Shown: positions 1-13,219, counted from the stretch's first letter. The stretch is DNA of 64,000 nucleotides from Neodothiora populina (GCF_041146345.1 NW_027191419.1:682001-746000); one strand, 5' to 3'. Made by a program: numbers and translations. Notes: generated by a model from the sequence alone, not told the origin.

Positions 1-226
1 CTTCTTGGATTCTCCGAGGACTGCTTCATTTCGCGACCGAGATCGAATATATAATTCCACCATATCCGGCGCATTCGTATACTGCAAACGAGTCGCGCGT
101 TTACCGCACGCGCGTTTCTCACGCCAATACTGCGGTCACTCGCGTCTAGCCGACATAGTATTGTCATCTACTGCTCGCGCGCAGCAGCTGCAGCGGCGGC
201 AATAACGACGACGACAATAATCGACA

Positions 227-1863
227 ATGCATCACGTACTTCCCAAATTGCACCTTACCTCGAGTCACGGTAATCACGACAAAGGTGGTGTCAAGCCCAG
301 ACGTAAGGAATCAAAGGATCAGATTCGAGCGCGAGACGAGGAGAAGAACAGACTTGCCGCGTGGGAGGCAGAGAAGACGACGCTGGAGTGGGATCAAATA
401 TGCGTTGATCCCAGCAAGAAGCCAGTCGGACATAGCTCCAAGATCTTGCGCAGGGACGATTTTGACCTGCTCAAGACACTAGGCACAGGTGCGTCTGCAA
501 TGATATGGCGCATGATGGATGACGGAATGCGTTACCCCACAAGATGCATCAAGCAGAAGAAGAAAACCATGAACCAGACCGAGCTGACTTTGCCGGCGTT
601 CAGGTACATTTGCCCGCGTCTGGTTGACCAAACTAGCGAGCCCGAAGCAAGGGGATGAAGACAAAGTCTTTGCTCTGAAAATATTACGAAAGACCGATGG
701 TACGGTAGAGATCTGTTTGCAAAATATATTACGAGTTATGAGAGCAAGCAGGCTGACGTGCTTGTGCAGTGATCCGGCTGAAGCAGGTCGAACATGTGCG
801 TAACGAGCGCAACGTCCTTGCAGCTGTCGCAGGCCACCCTTTCATCACGACATTGATAGCGAGTTTCCAAGATCAGGATTGCCTGTACATGCTGGTGAGG
901 CCGAACATCTTGACTTCTCCCAGTCTCCCATTACGCCCATGCTGACAGTTCATGGGCAAAGCTGGATTACTGCCCCGGCGGCGAAGTGTTCAGCTATCTT
1001 CGACGAGCCCGGCGCTTCAATGAGCCAACCTCGCAGTTTTATGCTGCCGAGATTGTTCTGATACTCGAGTTTCTGCACGAACAGGAGGGTGTTGCTTATC
1101 GCGATATGAAGCCTGAGAACATCTTGATCGATGCAGATGGACACCTGAAACTAGTCGACTTTGGTTTTGCAAAGAAGGTCGGAAACAGTAGGCTTCGCCC
1201 ATCTCCCTTGCTACTAAGCATTTATGACTGATATCTGTTCCAGGAGAAACATACACTCTATGCGGTACACCGGAATATCTCGCGCCTGAGGTCATCAGGA
1301 ACACTGGTACGTCACAGAAATCAACAGATGCAAGTAACTTGTTGTATCATTATCATCCTGCTGACTTCTTACATAGGTCACGGTGTTGCCGTCGATTGGT
1401 GGGCATTTGGAATTCTCATTTACGAATTTCTTGTTGGGCAACCTCCGTTCTGGGATCAAAACCCCATGAAGATATATGAGCAGTAAGCAAGCCCTCGCGG
1501 CCCGAACGTTGACTATCGACGTCCACTGACTCGGTCGATAGAATTGTCGAAGGCAAGATTCGATACCCTTCTGCCATGTCTCCCGATGCTCGCGATATTA
1601 TCGCCGGCCTCTGCACAGTCGACGTTTCAAAAAGACTTGGAAATGTTAGAGGAGGCGCAGGTACAGTCAAGGCACATCCCTGGTTCAAGAACATCAACTG
1701 GGATGACCTCTACCACCGCAAGACGCAAGGGCCCATCGTGCCGCATCTGCGTGGCCCTGCAGATGCACGAAACTTCGACGACTACGACCCGGAACCCTTG
1801 AAAAAGGACGACTACACAAAGGAAATGCAAGAGAAATACGATTGGCAATTCAAGGACTTTTAA
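227..1863 (+). CDS. cAMP-dependent protein kinase catalytic subunit (probably the secondary PkaB/PkaC2 type), 7 exons
   Basis: The spliced product contains LGTGTFARV, AYRDMKPEN, VDFGFAK, TLCGTPEYLAPE, VDWWAFG and the AGC C-terminal FKDF. Predicted GT-AG introns: 489-603, 700-769, 895-961, 1188-1243, 1307-1376, 1483-1541. Confidence 0.93.
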
Positions 1864-2421
1864 TGACGACACTTGTTCAAAGACTTACGATCTCCCATGA
1901 GGGCGAGTTGTTTTGCATTAATTTACGACGCCGAGCAACACGACACAGCTTCCCCCCATCCGCGGCAGGATACATAAACGGATCAGCAATTGCGCAGATT
2001 GAGAAATATGGCGGCGTACATCTGGTCCAGTGCCACAACATAGAGAACTGGACCAACACGCTGCCGGAGCTGTTTTTTCTGTCGTTGTTTATTGTTTAGC
2101 CTTACGATAACTCTTCACAGAATCACATGAAAAAAATGTTGAAAAGCTGCCGACCGACCCTACTTGTTTACTACAAGTTGAACATGCTCATCCTTATCCG
2201 AAGCCCTGCATCATTCCGGTGTGTGGGTAGAGACATGTCTGTGGTGATCCATGAAGCCCCACGAACCACCTCATGACCTTCATCATGCAGCATACCCCGC
2301 ACCCCCGCTTCTAACCGACCGTCCATTACCTGAATGCTCAAGGTCCCCTCATGTCTTGTCGTGAGCCATATCAAGTACGGATGTTGTCTTGTGGAGTTTT
2401 GTTGGATGAATCGATGGAAAG

Positions 2422-5370
2422 ATGCTTCGCGGAAGAGCTTTGTTGGATCGTCACTTTCTATGTAGACCAATACCAACTGTTGGTATCCAGAGAAGGCACT
2501 TGCTTACGCACGCCCATCTCAAGGGTCCTGATCAGGTACTACTAGGGATACCGTACCTTGTTGTTTTCTAAGTTTGATATACTGAGAGTTCATCAGCCAC
2601 CACTTCTCGAACAGACCATTTCCCAGCATTTTGCATCTATAGTCTCTCAATATGGAGACCGCCCAGCGTTAGTCGGGTTCTTTCGAATGCTTCAAGATTA
2701 TAGAAACTAAGGATCACAGGGTCATCTCTCGTCACCAGCAGACGACGTTGACATATGACTTGCTAGACGTTTCAAGCAATGCTCTCGCAAGAGGTCTGGT
2801 CGATCTAGGTGTTAAGAAAGGCAACAGAGTCGCAGTGTCCTTGGGAAACAGTGTTGAATCCGCAACAGTAATTGAAACAATGGAATCCATTGATAGATAT
2901 GCGGAAGCATGCTAAGACACTTGAGCAGGCAACATATGCCCTGTTCAAACTGGGCGCAGTCCTGGTAAGTCCCTCGAAAATTGCTATGGTCCCTCCGAGT
3001 CACACAAACGAGCATCGGCCTGACCCGATCCGATCAATAAAGGTCCCATTGAACCCAGCATTCAACGCTCAACAGGTCACAGCAGCACTCACACACCTCT
3101 CGGCTTCTCATCTGTTCATCAGTACAGAGACGAATCTACCCTGGAAGGATCCGCGAAGCAATTTGCCTCTGTTGGCAAGTCTGATCCCCGACTATCACAG
3201 TGCTACATCTACCAGCAGACTCGAGTCTGAAGCCGTACCATCTCTTGAACGGATCATCCTCGTAGACAACTCCGCAGGTCGCAACACCACGGCCACGTTC
3301 GAAGCATTGACGTCTTATGCTTCTGTTCTGTGGAACGGTGGTGACGGACGTAGAGCGCTGCCGGAACAGAATCTAGACAAGGATGATGTTGTCAACATTC
3401 AGTTCACGAGCGGGACTACGAGTATGCCCAAGGCTGCATGTTTGACGCACAGGAGTATTCTTAACAACGGACGGAGTATCGGCGATAGGATGGAACTGAC
3501 TGAGAAGGATGTTGTATGTTGCCCTCCTCCGCTCTTCCAGTAAGCTTTCTTTTTCTTGCGCATATGAAGTTCTTTCTGGTAATTGCTCTTGTCTGCTTGC
3601 GGTGTCGTTGTAATCTGCATGGCCATGCCGTTACACGAGGGCTTCGGTCTGCGAGATGTGCCATAAAGCCTTGGGACATGGGCTGACTGAAATCCCAGTT
3701 GCTTTGGAAGTATTCTAGGTTACATGGCTGCAGCCACCCACGGCAGTGCTATCGTCTTTCCTACCGAAGCTTTTGATCCGCGTGCCACCCTTCATGCTGT
3801 GGAGGAGTACAAGTGTACGGGTAAGAACTTGCCTTAGTCTGATACTTCGACCGGCGACGTATTCGAAGAGTGACCTACTGACAATACTTTGTGTTGTATA
3901 GCTCTATACGGGGTACCTACAATGTTCGTTTCCGAACTCGAGCTTTTGTCACACTCGTCTACCTCACCTCCTGCTCCAAAAGTCCAGAAACCAAATGGAA
4001 GCCTGCCAGGGGCTGGCAGTACGACCACCAAGAACAACACCGTACCTCCATTAGGTTGCGAATCTACTCCTGCAGCTTTATCGAGTTTTGAACCCCTACC
4101 ATCCCCAGCCTCCTTGCGTAAACATCTTCGCACCGGAATAGCCGCAGGTTCCTCCATTCCTCCCCCTCTCATGAATAGCTTGCATTCTGTCCTGGGCTTG
4201 ACAGACCTGACCATCTGCTACGGCATGACGGAGACATCACCCGTCTCACTCATGACGACCCCTCACGATCCATTGCAGAAACGCCTCGAAAGCGTAGGTC
4301 GTCTTCTGCCTCACGTAGAGGCCAAAATCGTCGATCCGGTCAACAAAGACAGGATATGCGAAATTGGCGAACATGGCGAGCTAGCCGTCAGTGGCTATCT
4401 AGTCATGAAAGGCTACTGGGGCGATACGGCCAAAACGAACGAAGTGCTTATTCCAGAACCCAACAACCACGACGACAAATCCCCTAAAATGTGGATGCAC
4501 ACAGGCGACGAAGCAGTCATGGACGCAGACGGCTACGTCTCCATCACAGGCCGCATTAAAGACCTGATCATCCGCGGCGGCGAGAATATTCATCCCCTGG
4601 AAATCGAAAACGCACTCTACAGCCACCCGCGCGTGCAGGAGGTCAGTGTAGTAGGCTTGCCAGACGAGAAGTACGGGGAGATTGTGGCGGCATTTATAGT
4701 GCCTAGATCTTTCTCGGGGTGGAGAGATCGGGCTGTTATTTGTGCTGCATCAGTAGCGACGACGACGGCGACGACGACTGGCTTACAAGAAGATGTGGTT
4801 ACTCTGGAGACTCCACGAGTAGACGACGTACCATCAGAAACGGAGATCAAGAATTGGGTACGAGAGAGATTGAGTTCGCACCTCGGTGAGTTATTGCAGG
4901 TTCCTACATCTCTCCAGGAAACCCCCCTCCTATCAACTCCCATCTCCGTCCTGTCCCAAAGCAACAGGAAAGCAAACCAAAAGAAAGAAAGAAAGAGACT
5001 AACTCAAAGAAAAGTCCCGAAACACATCTTCTACACCCCGCACTACCCAAAGACAGCAAGCGGCAAAGTCCAGAAGTTCATGCTCAAGGAACTGGGTAAA
5101 GGGTTGCTGAAGGAGCTAGAAGAGAAGAAAACGCAGGCTGAGACGGCTACTGTTGTTGTTTCGTCCTCATCTGGTGTCAGCGCAGATGCAAGTGCAAAGC
5201 CTGATACAGGTGACGTCGAATCTATCATTGCCGGTACAACTGGAGCAGCAGCAGCAGCGGCGGCGGCGGCAGCGACGGCAGCGACGGCAACAGCAACGAT
5301 AAGCGGAACGAGCATGGCAGACGCTTCTGCGGCAGCGCCAGTGAGTCAACAGCGACCTCAGAAATGCTGA
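2422..5370 (+). CDS. AMP-binding acyl-CoA synthetase/ligase (ACSF2-like), multi-exon, possible mitochondrial presequence
   Basis: Motifs QFTSGTTSMPK, YGMTETSP, HTGD, GRIKDLIIRGGENI and PKTASGKVQK. The ATG at 2422 gives an Arg-rich N-terminus (MLRGRALLDRHFLCRP...). Several GT-AG introns, e.g. 2965-3042 and 4886-5014. Confidence 0.88.
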
Positions 5371-5741
5371 ATGCATACCTAGGGACAGAGACAGAGACAG
5401 AGACGAAGGAATGACACCAAGCAGAACGTCAGTCAGTGTATCTGAATCCATAGAAAGAGAAGAGCAAAAGACCCCTTTCGTTTGCTACACCTTTCGTCTC
5501 TCGTACTTCTCTGCCTCTTGTTCTTGGGTAAATCACTATTCTGTGCCACCATCTAGCGTGAACGACCAGGGCCTACCATCAAATAAACTACTGAGACACA
5601 AAATTCAGATCGAAGTGCCAGAAATACATGAAATGGCTACATGAGAAGGAAGTAAGACATCACATCATCGGACTAAAGATATATCACTGAAGGAAAGAGC
5701 AGTGAAATGATGTACTGGTGTAGATAGAAGCGTGCTTTTTC

Positions 5742-5796
5742 CTTCTTCTTCTTCTTCTTCTTCTTCATCTTCTTCTTCTTCTTCTTCTTCTTCTTC
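5742..5796. repeat. (TTC)n microsatellite, intergenic
   Basis: About 18 TTC units with one interruption, read directly from the sequence. Confidence 0.95.
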
Positions 5797-6779
5797 AAGA
5801 AGCAGCAGAGAGAGGAGGAAGAGGTCTCGATCCGAGGTCAATGTAATGCGAGTCATTTTTAATTCGTCTAGATCAAGATTTGATAAGCTACAGTACCTAA
5901 GGTACTGTAGACAGGCGGAGTGGGAACAAGTGACAAGACCTGGTCCTGCTCTACCTTACTTCTCATGTCTAGGCGTTAGGTACATGAGCCAAGTGTCATA
6001 TACCGTGGAAAGGGTTTATTTGCAAGTGATTTGTTCATGGGACTCTCTACTCGAACGATCTAGTCATCAATGGGTTCACTGAATGGTTCTTATATGCCGT
6101 CCTCGTGATGTGATATTCTTTCAATTGCGAGATTAGGAGAAGATCTCTTTTCCTTTCCCTAGGGTATATGAGGCCTTTCCTGCTCTCTTCGACTTCTGTT
6201 CGAGCGCGGAGACTTGATCAACAAAGCTGTGACTATGCAAAACCCACAGCAATCCAGAAATACTGGATGTAAAGAGGTTAAGGTCTCCGACCTCGTTTCT
6301 TCTGGGGTTTCGTCGACCATTTGTCTGATGCACAAATATACTTTTCTTCGTGCGGAGTTTCGATGTTTTCCTTTGCCCAGTTAAAGTGGACAAGGCGCTA
6401 GAGGGTCTTGGATGGGCTTTTCCCTGTCGTACCGATACATATTCTTCCCTGTTCTTCTCGAGTCCGCTAAAGCTAATGGCTTAGACCGAGATAGAGGGGG
6501 TTGAGGGCGATGAAGCGCAGTCGAGTGCTTGGACAAGCATCCATGACCTGCATCGGGGTTTCGTTGCATGGCTCGTAGTTGTCCACATTCCGACTCGTCG
6601 TTGCTCGTCAGGATAATAAGAGAGAAGTAGTAATAGAAGTCGACGGCTGGTGGGTCGGATCGCCCCACTCTGGGTGAATTGATTATCCTTCTGCAGTGTG
6701 ATTGCTGTCGGCGGCCATCATGATAAGCAAAAGGCGACTTTCTGGTGCACAGATGATGTTTTCGAGAAAGTCATCCGTC

Positions 6780-7676
6780 TCAGTATGGACGTCCACCTCC
6801 GCCACCGCCGGATCGTCCCCTTGATGATCTCCCACCGAATCCGCCGGCACTGGGTCCCTCGGGGATTCTTTCGCCTCTTCTCCATTCTCCGTTGGGCACG
6901 TTAGCACCGAATCCTCGGTCTCGGTCACCTCGGTCGCCCCGGTCGCCATTGTAGCCTACGCCGCCACCACCACCGCCTCGTCGGCCGCCGCCTCTGTATC
7001 CATTCTCTAGTCTGCCTCCTCCTCCACCGCCGCCACCGCGTCCGTAGTTGTCTCGGCCCCCACCTCCTCTGCCACCTGGACCACCGTAGCCCCTATCCGC
7101 AGGCGGCAAAGGCGCCACAGAACAATCCGACAGCGGCGGCAGGATCGCGCAAGAAATATAGTCGCCAATAACGAATCGCGCTTCCGCAAGAGTCTTCGCC
7201 GCGTCTCCACCTAGCTTCCCCAGGCCGGCAGGGTCTGAGACGTCGTCGTGGCCATTGGTCATATCGTCGTCGTCGTCGTCGTCGTCGTATCCGTTTCCTC
7301 CTCTCCCGACGACATCGGCGCCGATGACTACACTTCCCAGATCTTTACTCAGCCATCGCCCCGGTCCATCGCCCCCTCCTGACGCAGGTACACTGCGCGT
7401 GTCTGGAAACACCAGTCGGTACCCTATTCTTGTGCCCACGGCTGGCGAGGGCAAGAGATGCGGCAGAGCGCTAGAGAGCAGTCCTGTGAGCTCTGCTAAG
7501 GTGCATGTCGGCCACGTGTAGATCTGGAGACTTTGTTGTTGTAGAGACGAAGGCGGCGGTACGGTTGTGAACTCCGAGGGCGAGTGGAAGGCGTTGGAGC
7601 GGTAGTAGAGGCGCAGGAGGAAGGGAGTCGTCGTTTGTCGGTCGATCTTTTGGTCTGGGGTCGGTTGGAGAGCCAT
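6780..7676 (-). CDS. SAP18: Sin3-associated polypeptide SAP18 with C-terminal RGG-rich tail
   Basis: DRQTTTPFLLRLYY...LQIYTWPTCTLAEL...KTLAEARFVIGDYISCAI matches the SAP18 family. Single-exon ORF of 298 aa. Confidence 0.88.
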   Translation of the reverse strand: MALQPTPDQKIDRQTTTPFLLRLYYRSNAFHSPSEFTTVPPPSSLQQQSLQIYTWPTCTLAELTGLLSSALPHLLPSPAVGTRIGYRLVFPDTRSVPASGGGDGPGRWLSKDLGSVVIGADVVGRGGNGYDDDDDDDDMTNGHDDVSDPAGLGKLGGDAAKTLAEARFVIGDYISCAILPPLSDCSVAPLPPADRGYGGPGGRGGGGRDNYGRGGGGGGGGRLENGYRGGGRRGGGGGGVGYNGDRGDRGDRDRGFGANVPNGEWRRGERIPEGPSAGGFGGRSSRGRSGGGGGGRPY

Positions 7677-8859
7677 TCTCCGTTGGGCCTTCTGGAAACG
7701 TGTATAGAAGTGGTATAGATGGGTGATTAATGCCCAGGCGCGAGCACTTTTTGCTGCAAGAATGACGTGTACGTTTGATCACAGTTGGTATGGTCGTCGA
7801 TTGCACTACAGGAAATACCGAGTAGATTATGGAAGGCTGTAGATAGACTCCCGATGTGCGCGTATCTGATCTGACTCTTGACAAACAAATGAGTGGATTG
7901 ACCCTTGGATTGTGACGAGTGATTGAATCGAGGTGTAACTAATCAAGTTTCCTGCCTCATTCGAAGCTGAGAAAGCGCGACTGCCAAAAGACCAAAGAAT
8001 CTCGCCTTGGCATTACGCTGTTATGCTGTTGTGCATCCGTGCACTCGAGGTATGCACCCGTGCGGCTCTACCTCAGTTGACATTCGACTTCCGCCTCGGC
8101 AATAATGCCCTGACTGTGAGGCCCGCTAGCCCTCGTCACATACTGTGTAGTTACTTACCTTACTATACCCGCTATATTTGATTCTGTATACTTGCAATAC
8201 ATACCATCAGAAGTCAAACGGAGACTTGGATTGTGCGTATTGAGCTTGCTGGCGGCCACTCGCCAGGGCACTAGAGTTCTCTCCTGTTGTAGAGTTCCCC
8301 CACAGGAGAAAGGCAAGCTCAATCACCAGGCACACGCTACATTTCACCTATATCTCCATGAGATAACGTCAACATCATAACCTACTATGCCTTGCTCCGG
8401 GGCGCTGTACATCAGATTGTGGTGCCTGGTGCCTGGTGCCTGTGTCGTGCTCGAGGCTCTTGTGCCTCGCAGCATCGAATAGTTTTTGAGCGCACGACAT
8501 TGAAGAGTCAAAACTTTGACTCCCTGCCGTCTTTGGTGCTTGTATCAATAGATTATTCTGAAAGGCGTGTTGCATACCCTCATTAGATACCCATGCTTTC
8601 AGCGCGGAGGATCGCTGCGGTAGAGAGTGATGTACCTGTGTATGCATGATTCACTCACAGATCTCCAGGTATCTCTATCTTGACAATCACCATGGATTAG
8701 GGTGTTTCACAGCTTCAACACTTGATATTGAGTCAATTACGGACGCTATTCGTGCCATTTGCTTTTCGTTTCCATCGTAAATGCAGATCCCTAGCAAGGA
8801 ACTGGTCGCGTTCCATCGTCACCCGGCTTGAATCGCCTCATATGCGGTTCTCGAGTCAT

Positions 8860-9405
8860 TTAGACAGAGTCTCCTGTGGGTGCCTGACCACCACGACCCT
8901 CGGCACCACCAGCGCCGGGATTCTTGCGCGTAGACTGGCCGTCGTGGTGCAGCTCACTGCTCGACTGGCCCTGGATAGGCTGGCCGAGACCGCTGTGGAC
9001 ATCACCAGAGGTTGCACCAGTTATGGTGTCTGCAGCTGAAGGGCCCTTGGCGTCGCCACTTGCGTTGCTTGGAGGGACTTCGGGGTCGTTCTGGGGCTTG
9101 AAAGTCCTGATAGATACGGGATTAGTTGTGCGAAATGGTGAGTGACCTTAAGAAAGCTATGATTTACCTATCAGGAGGTGCTGTGCCGGCGGGAAGAGTC
9201 TGGAGGTGGAACTCGGGCGCTGCATCGTTGCCGACTATATTGACTTGTTAATACATGGTTGAGGTGATTGTGCTTGTCAAAGACATAGCTCACCCATGAC
9301 ACCAGGCTTGTGGCCACCAGTCTGCATAGGCTCGTCTCTAGGTCTGGAAGGCATGAAGCCATCAGGGTTGCTGTTCTCAGCTGCGTCGACGTTGCGGGAT
9401 GCCAT
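8860..9405 (-). CDS. Small hydrophilic conserved fungal hypothetical protein (~140 aa, 3 exons), missed by the ORF track
   Basis: Manual splicing gives MASRNVDAAENSNPDGFMPSRPRDEPMQTGGHKPGVM / VGNDAAPEFHLQTLPAGTAPPDR / TFKPQNDPEVPP...ADTITGATSGDVHSGLGQPIQGQSSSELHHDG...GDSV*, with two canonical introns (GTGAGC and GTAAAT donors, AG acceptors). Confidence 0.8.
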
Positions 9406-10640
9406 TATGTGTATTGGTTTTAGAGAACTGCGGTTTGAGGATACACGTAAAGAGTAGCAAGATCGATGTGAAGTTGTTTTGTTATGAAAGAGGAAAAAAA
9501 TACCAAACTCTACCTAGAAGCTCTCAAGAGCTCTTTTTGTTGTGTTGCGTAGGTGAGCTCAGGTACCCTCACCCATGGACGTCACTATTTCGACATCATC
9601 ATGCATTCATCATGACTTTGCAGAGGAGAACCGCATCAAGGGGAACCCCTCTCACTCGCAACGGGGTAAGCTCTTTTTGAGTTTACCTTGTAGTTCTTAT
9701 TTACCTAGATGCAAACTCGATCGATCAATCTATGCAATTTAGATCTATTGATAGCTTGATTGGTTACACTGAATTGAGGGTGACCTGTACCTGAGGCAAG
9801 TTAAGCTCAAAAGTGCTGATGGCACAGGCGAGGAGGTGACGTGCTACAAGTGAGAAGCCAAGATTGTCACATTCATCATTATAATATTCGACATCTCCTT
9901 GTGTCCACTGCTATATCGTTCTTCATCCATACATTGGGACATAAGTCAAGGTACTAGGTGGAAAGAGGGCAGCCTGAGTTGTACCGATACGCTGAAAGGC
10001 CAGGTCTATTCGTTACCGCTGATATTTGTCGGTAATGACAAGGATCCATTAGTATGTCAATCTTGCTTGCAAACGATCAATCTAACTATGTTCGTGCACA
10101 TGTATGGACCGCTCAACACGATAGGAACAGTTATCTGTAGGAGGTCTCGCAGACTTTAAGAGTCAACAAGACTGTCAGCCTCTTCTAGATACTCTTTCAA
10201 AGGAACTGAAATAAGTTGATCGAGCCGGTAGGTGAGCTTACAAATAAGGTAGTGACCATAGGCACTCCTCTTTCTCAACGTCGCTGTCGAAGAGTGAAGC
10301 CGAGGCTCTCTGATATCTCACACTGTATTGTGACGACAGGCTAGATCTCCTACTCACGCGTTTCAGATTCCGGTCATCAACGATGGAGTAAGCCACTTCT
10401 TGGGTCCCCAGGCGGGCATGTCATACACCAGTGACCTCTGCACTGCGAACGTCGAAGCGATTAGCCGGGGAAGAGACCAGGAACCTGACACCATGCCCTG
10501 AAGCACCTCAGTCAAGGATCAAATCTCAGCCCGGTGCCAAGTATATACAAACCCCCTCACCACCCCTTCACTACTCGTGCAGAAACGCATCAGTCCTTTC
10601 CTTCGGCTGAAGGAAGCGACCACGACTCAGAGTAGTCTCA

Positions 10641-11293
10641 ATGGATCAGCGAATGAAGACCATGCCCTCGTCCTTAGTCTACTATCCCTCGCAACACGAT
10701 CATGACTTATACAACGACAACAACAAGGACGACGACAACGACGACGTCAGCAGTAACATCAGCGGCAGCAACGGCGTTGCCCCCCATCGCGGGCGAGCAA
10801 GCTTCTGGTGGCATGATCGCCGGATCGAAGACCTAGTCCTATGGCTCCTGAGAGCGGTTTGGAGAAAACCTTTCGGGCGGGCTAGAGAGGAGACAGGGCT
10901 ATGTCCTTCTCTCAATTTATTCGCGTGACCTTTTCGTCGTACATGCGTATGGGGGTGGTGCCTGCTCTTGTCGCGGGGTCTGTTGTGCCTGCCTCGGTGG
11001 TGGTCTCCTGTCTATACGGATGACAACCAACCCTACTCAGGTGAGGGAGTGTTCTGATTTGCTTTGATGGAATGGAGAACGACAACCAACACTTCTCAGG
11101 AGAGGGGCTATTTCGATTTGCTTTGGTGGAGTGGAGGTTATCGGTAGCTTTCATTATTGGAAGTGGAATCGAGATTGACACTTGGATGGTGCCGAACCAG
11201 GGCCACGCTTGGTCAAGTGAAGCGTGTGTGAAGCCTCGCCGAACAGGGCCGACTTTATTTTTCGAATTCTTTCATACTACTTTTCACTTCTGA
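10641..11293 (+). other. Possible orphan gene or pseudogene containing a 59-nt tandem duplication
   Basis: TATA-like TATATA near 10542 and ATG at 10641. The frame is interrupted by TGA at 10926 and then by the duplicated unit 11022-11080/11081-11136. No recognisable domain. Confidence 0.3.
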
Positions 11294-11427
11294 AACGCGC
11301 CGTGAATGCGTGGGTATATCGTCCTTTGCAGGGAAGGGTAAAATTTGATTGGTTTAGAGGCGTGGTATTGCTCGTCTCGCTTTTGGAAGTGACTTTAACC
11401 GGAGATGTTGAGCAGGTCGAGTCGATC

Positions 11428-13219
11428 CTAATCACTCAGACCAGCCCACTCGTCGTCGTCATCATCAACCTCATCCTCTGCATCATCTGTTTCTTCCTCC
11501 TTCCCATTACCATCGCCGCCGTCCTCTGCACTTCTCACAAACCCGGCAACAAAGAACCCCATAGTACCCTCATCGGTACCTTGTTCGCACCTGATACAAG
11601 CCTCATTCAACGTCTTCGCATCAAGCTTCGTCTCCTTCAGCAACCCTTCCATTCCCTCTAATGCAGCAGGATCGCCTCTCCTAGCCCACCTCTTCATTCC
11701 GTCAACTTGGTCCTCTCGCTTCATGATCTTCCATCCCTGCTGCTTGGCAACCCCAGACGCCAGAGCTCTGAGGACCACCTGCTCGTTCTCCTCCGCGTGG
11801 ATCGAGCATGTCGAATACGTGATTCTGGTCGCGGACGGGAAACTGAATGCGTGTAGGATGATCTTTAGTTGGAAACCAGCTAGGTTCGCGAGACGAGTCT
11901 TGAGCTTCTCGGCGTCGGTTTCTTGCTCTGGAGTCTCTTCGCTGAGTTCGTTGGTCGCGTTTTCGGTATCCTCTGGGGTACTGGCGGCACTATCTAGTGC
12001 GGTGACCGCCGCTGCTGGCTGTCTCAATCGTTTGCGTTTCTTGCCAGTGAGTATCACGGGCATCTCTGATGCTGCAAGCGGTAGGTGCAGCACAGCTGTG
12101 TCGTCCCTGCCGATGATTCCGCTGCCTGAACAACTCGGGTCTAGGAGAAGTGCGCCCACATGTACGTATTCTGCCGAGTGAGGCTTGATCCTGGTAAAGT
12201 CTTGAGATGCCTTTACGGTGACAATCCCATCAGCCCCGGCTAGCTTGGTCATTTTCTGGAGGATCTGTGCTCGGCCGGGATCGCGCTCGCATGCTGTGAC
12301 TTTGGCATCCGGTGCTGGAGAAGTATGAGGAGACATAATGGCCGCGAGATGAGTGGTCTTGTTTCCAGGGGCGGCGCATGCATCAATGACGTGGCCGTCA
12401 GTAGGTTGCGGATCGAGGAGATATGCTGGAAAACATGAGGCTTTGTCCTGGAAGATAATCTGACCGGCTCGATATGCTGCGTGTCTCGAGAAGTCCGCAC
12501 TAGGATGTATGGCAACCAAGTCCGGAATGTGTTCATCTACATAGATTCCTTTGGGAGTGGTGGCAAGATCAGTCAGTGATTCGACCCTTGCATAGCCAGC
12601 GAAAGTCGTAGAAAGTGCCTTGTCAAGCGTAGTCTTGATAGCATTGACGCGTACCCAACGAGGATGAAAGGCCGACTTCTTGCCATCACCCTTCCCATCT
12701 GCCTCGTCATCTGCTGGAATGGCAGTGTTGATATGAGTCCGAAAAGCCTCGACGGAGGCGAACCCGCGCCGAATCCGACATTTGGTGAACTCGGCGTTGA
12801 GTCTGTTCTTGTGTCGAGTGATTGCGAGATACAAGATGTGCTGTTTGGGAGCAGCCACGCCCCGTTTCGACAGAAGCAGGTCGTGTGTGAGCAACAGCGC
12901 AAGCGTGGGCGTAAGCTGGGGGCTGAGTCAGTCATTGGTAAAGGTAGCACGCCCGCAGCTCACTAGAAAATCAAAAGACTATGGTAGTGATATCGATACG
13001 GAAATATAATATATCTACCTTTTTCTCGTGTTTCAGGATCTCGCTCCTCTCTACGACTTCCTTCAGGACAGAACTCCATTTGGTAGCTTCGGCGATCACA
13101 GCATACACAGCTCCGGGCGGGCTTTTCAGGTCCTTCTTACCGAAGATGCGATTCTTGAGCGAGCCCCCTTTTGCCTCTGTGTTGCTGAGGATGGCGGCAG
13201 CCTCAAAGTACAGCGACAT
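11428..13219 (-). CDS. RCM1: 25S rRNA cytosine-C5 methyltransferase (NSUN5/Rcm1 family)
   Basis: PRWVRVN, IFQDKASCFPA, IDACAAPGNKT, LLDPSCSGSG and TYSTCSIHAEENE. Exon 1 (MSLYFEAA...) is joined via intron 12916-13018. Confidence 0.92.
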
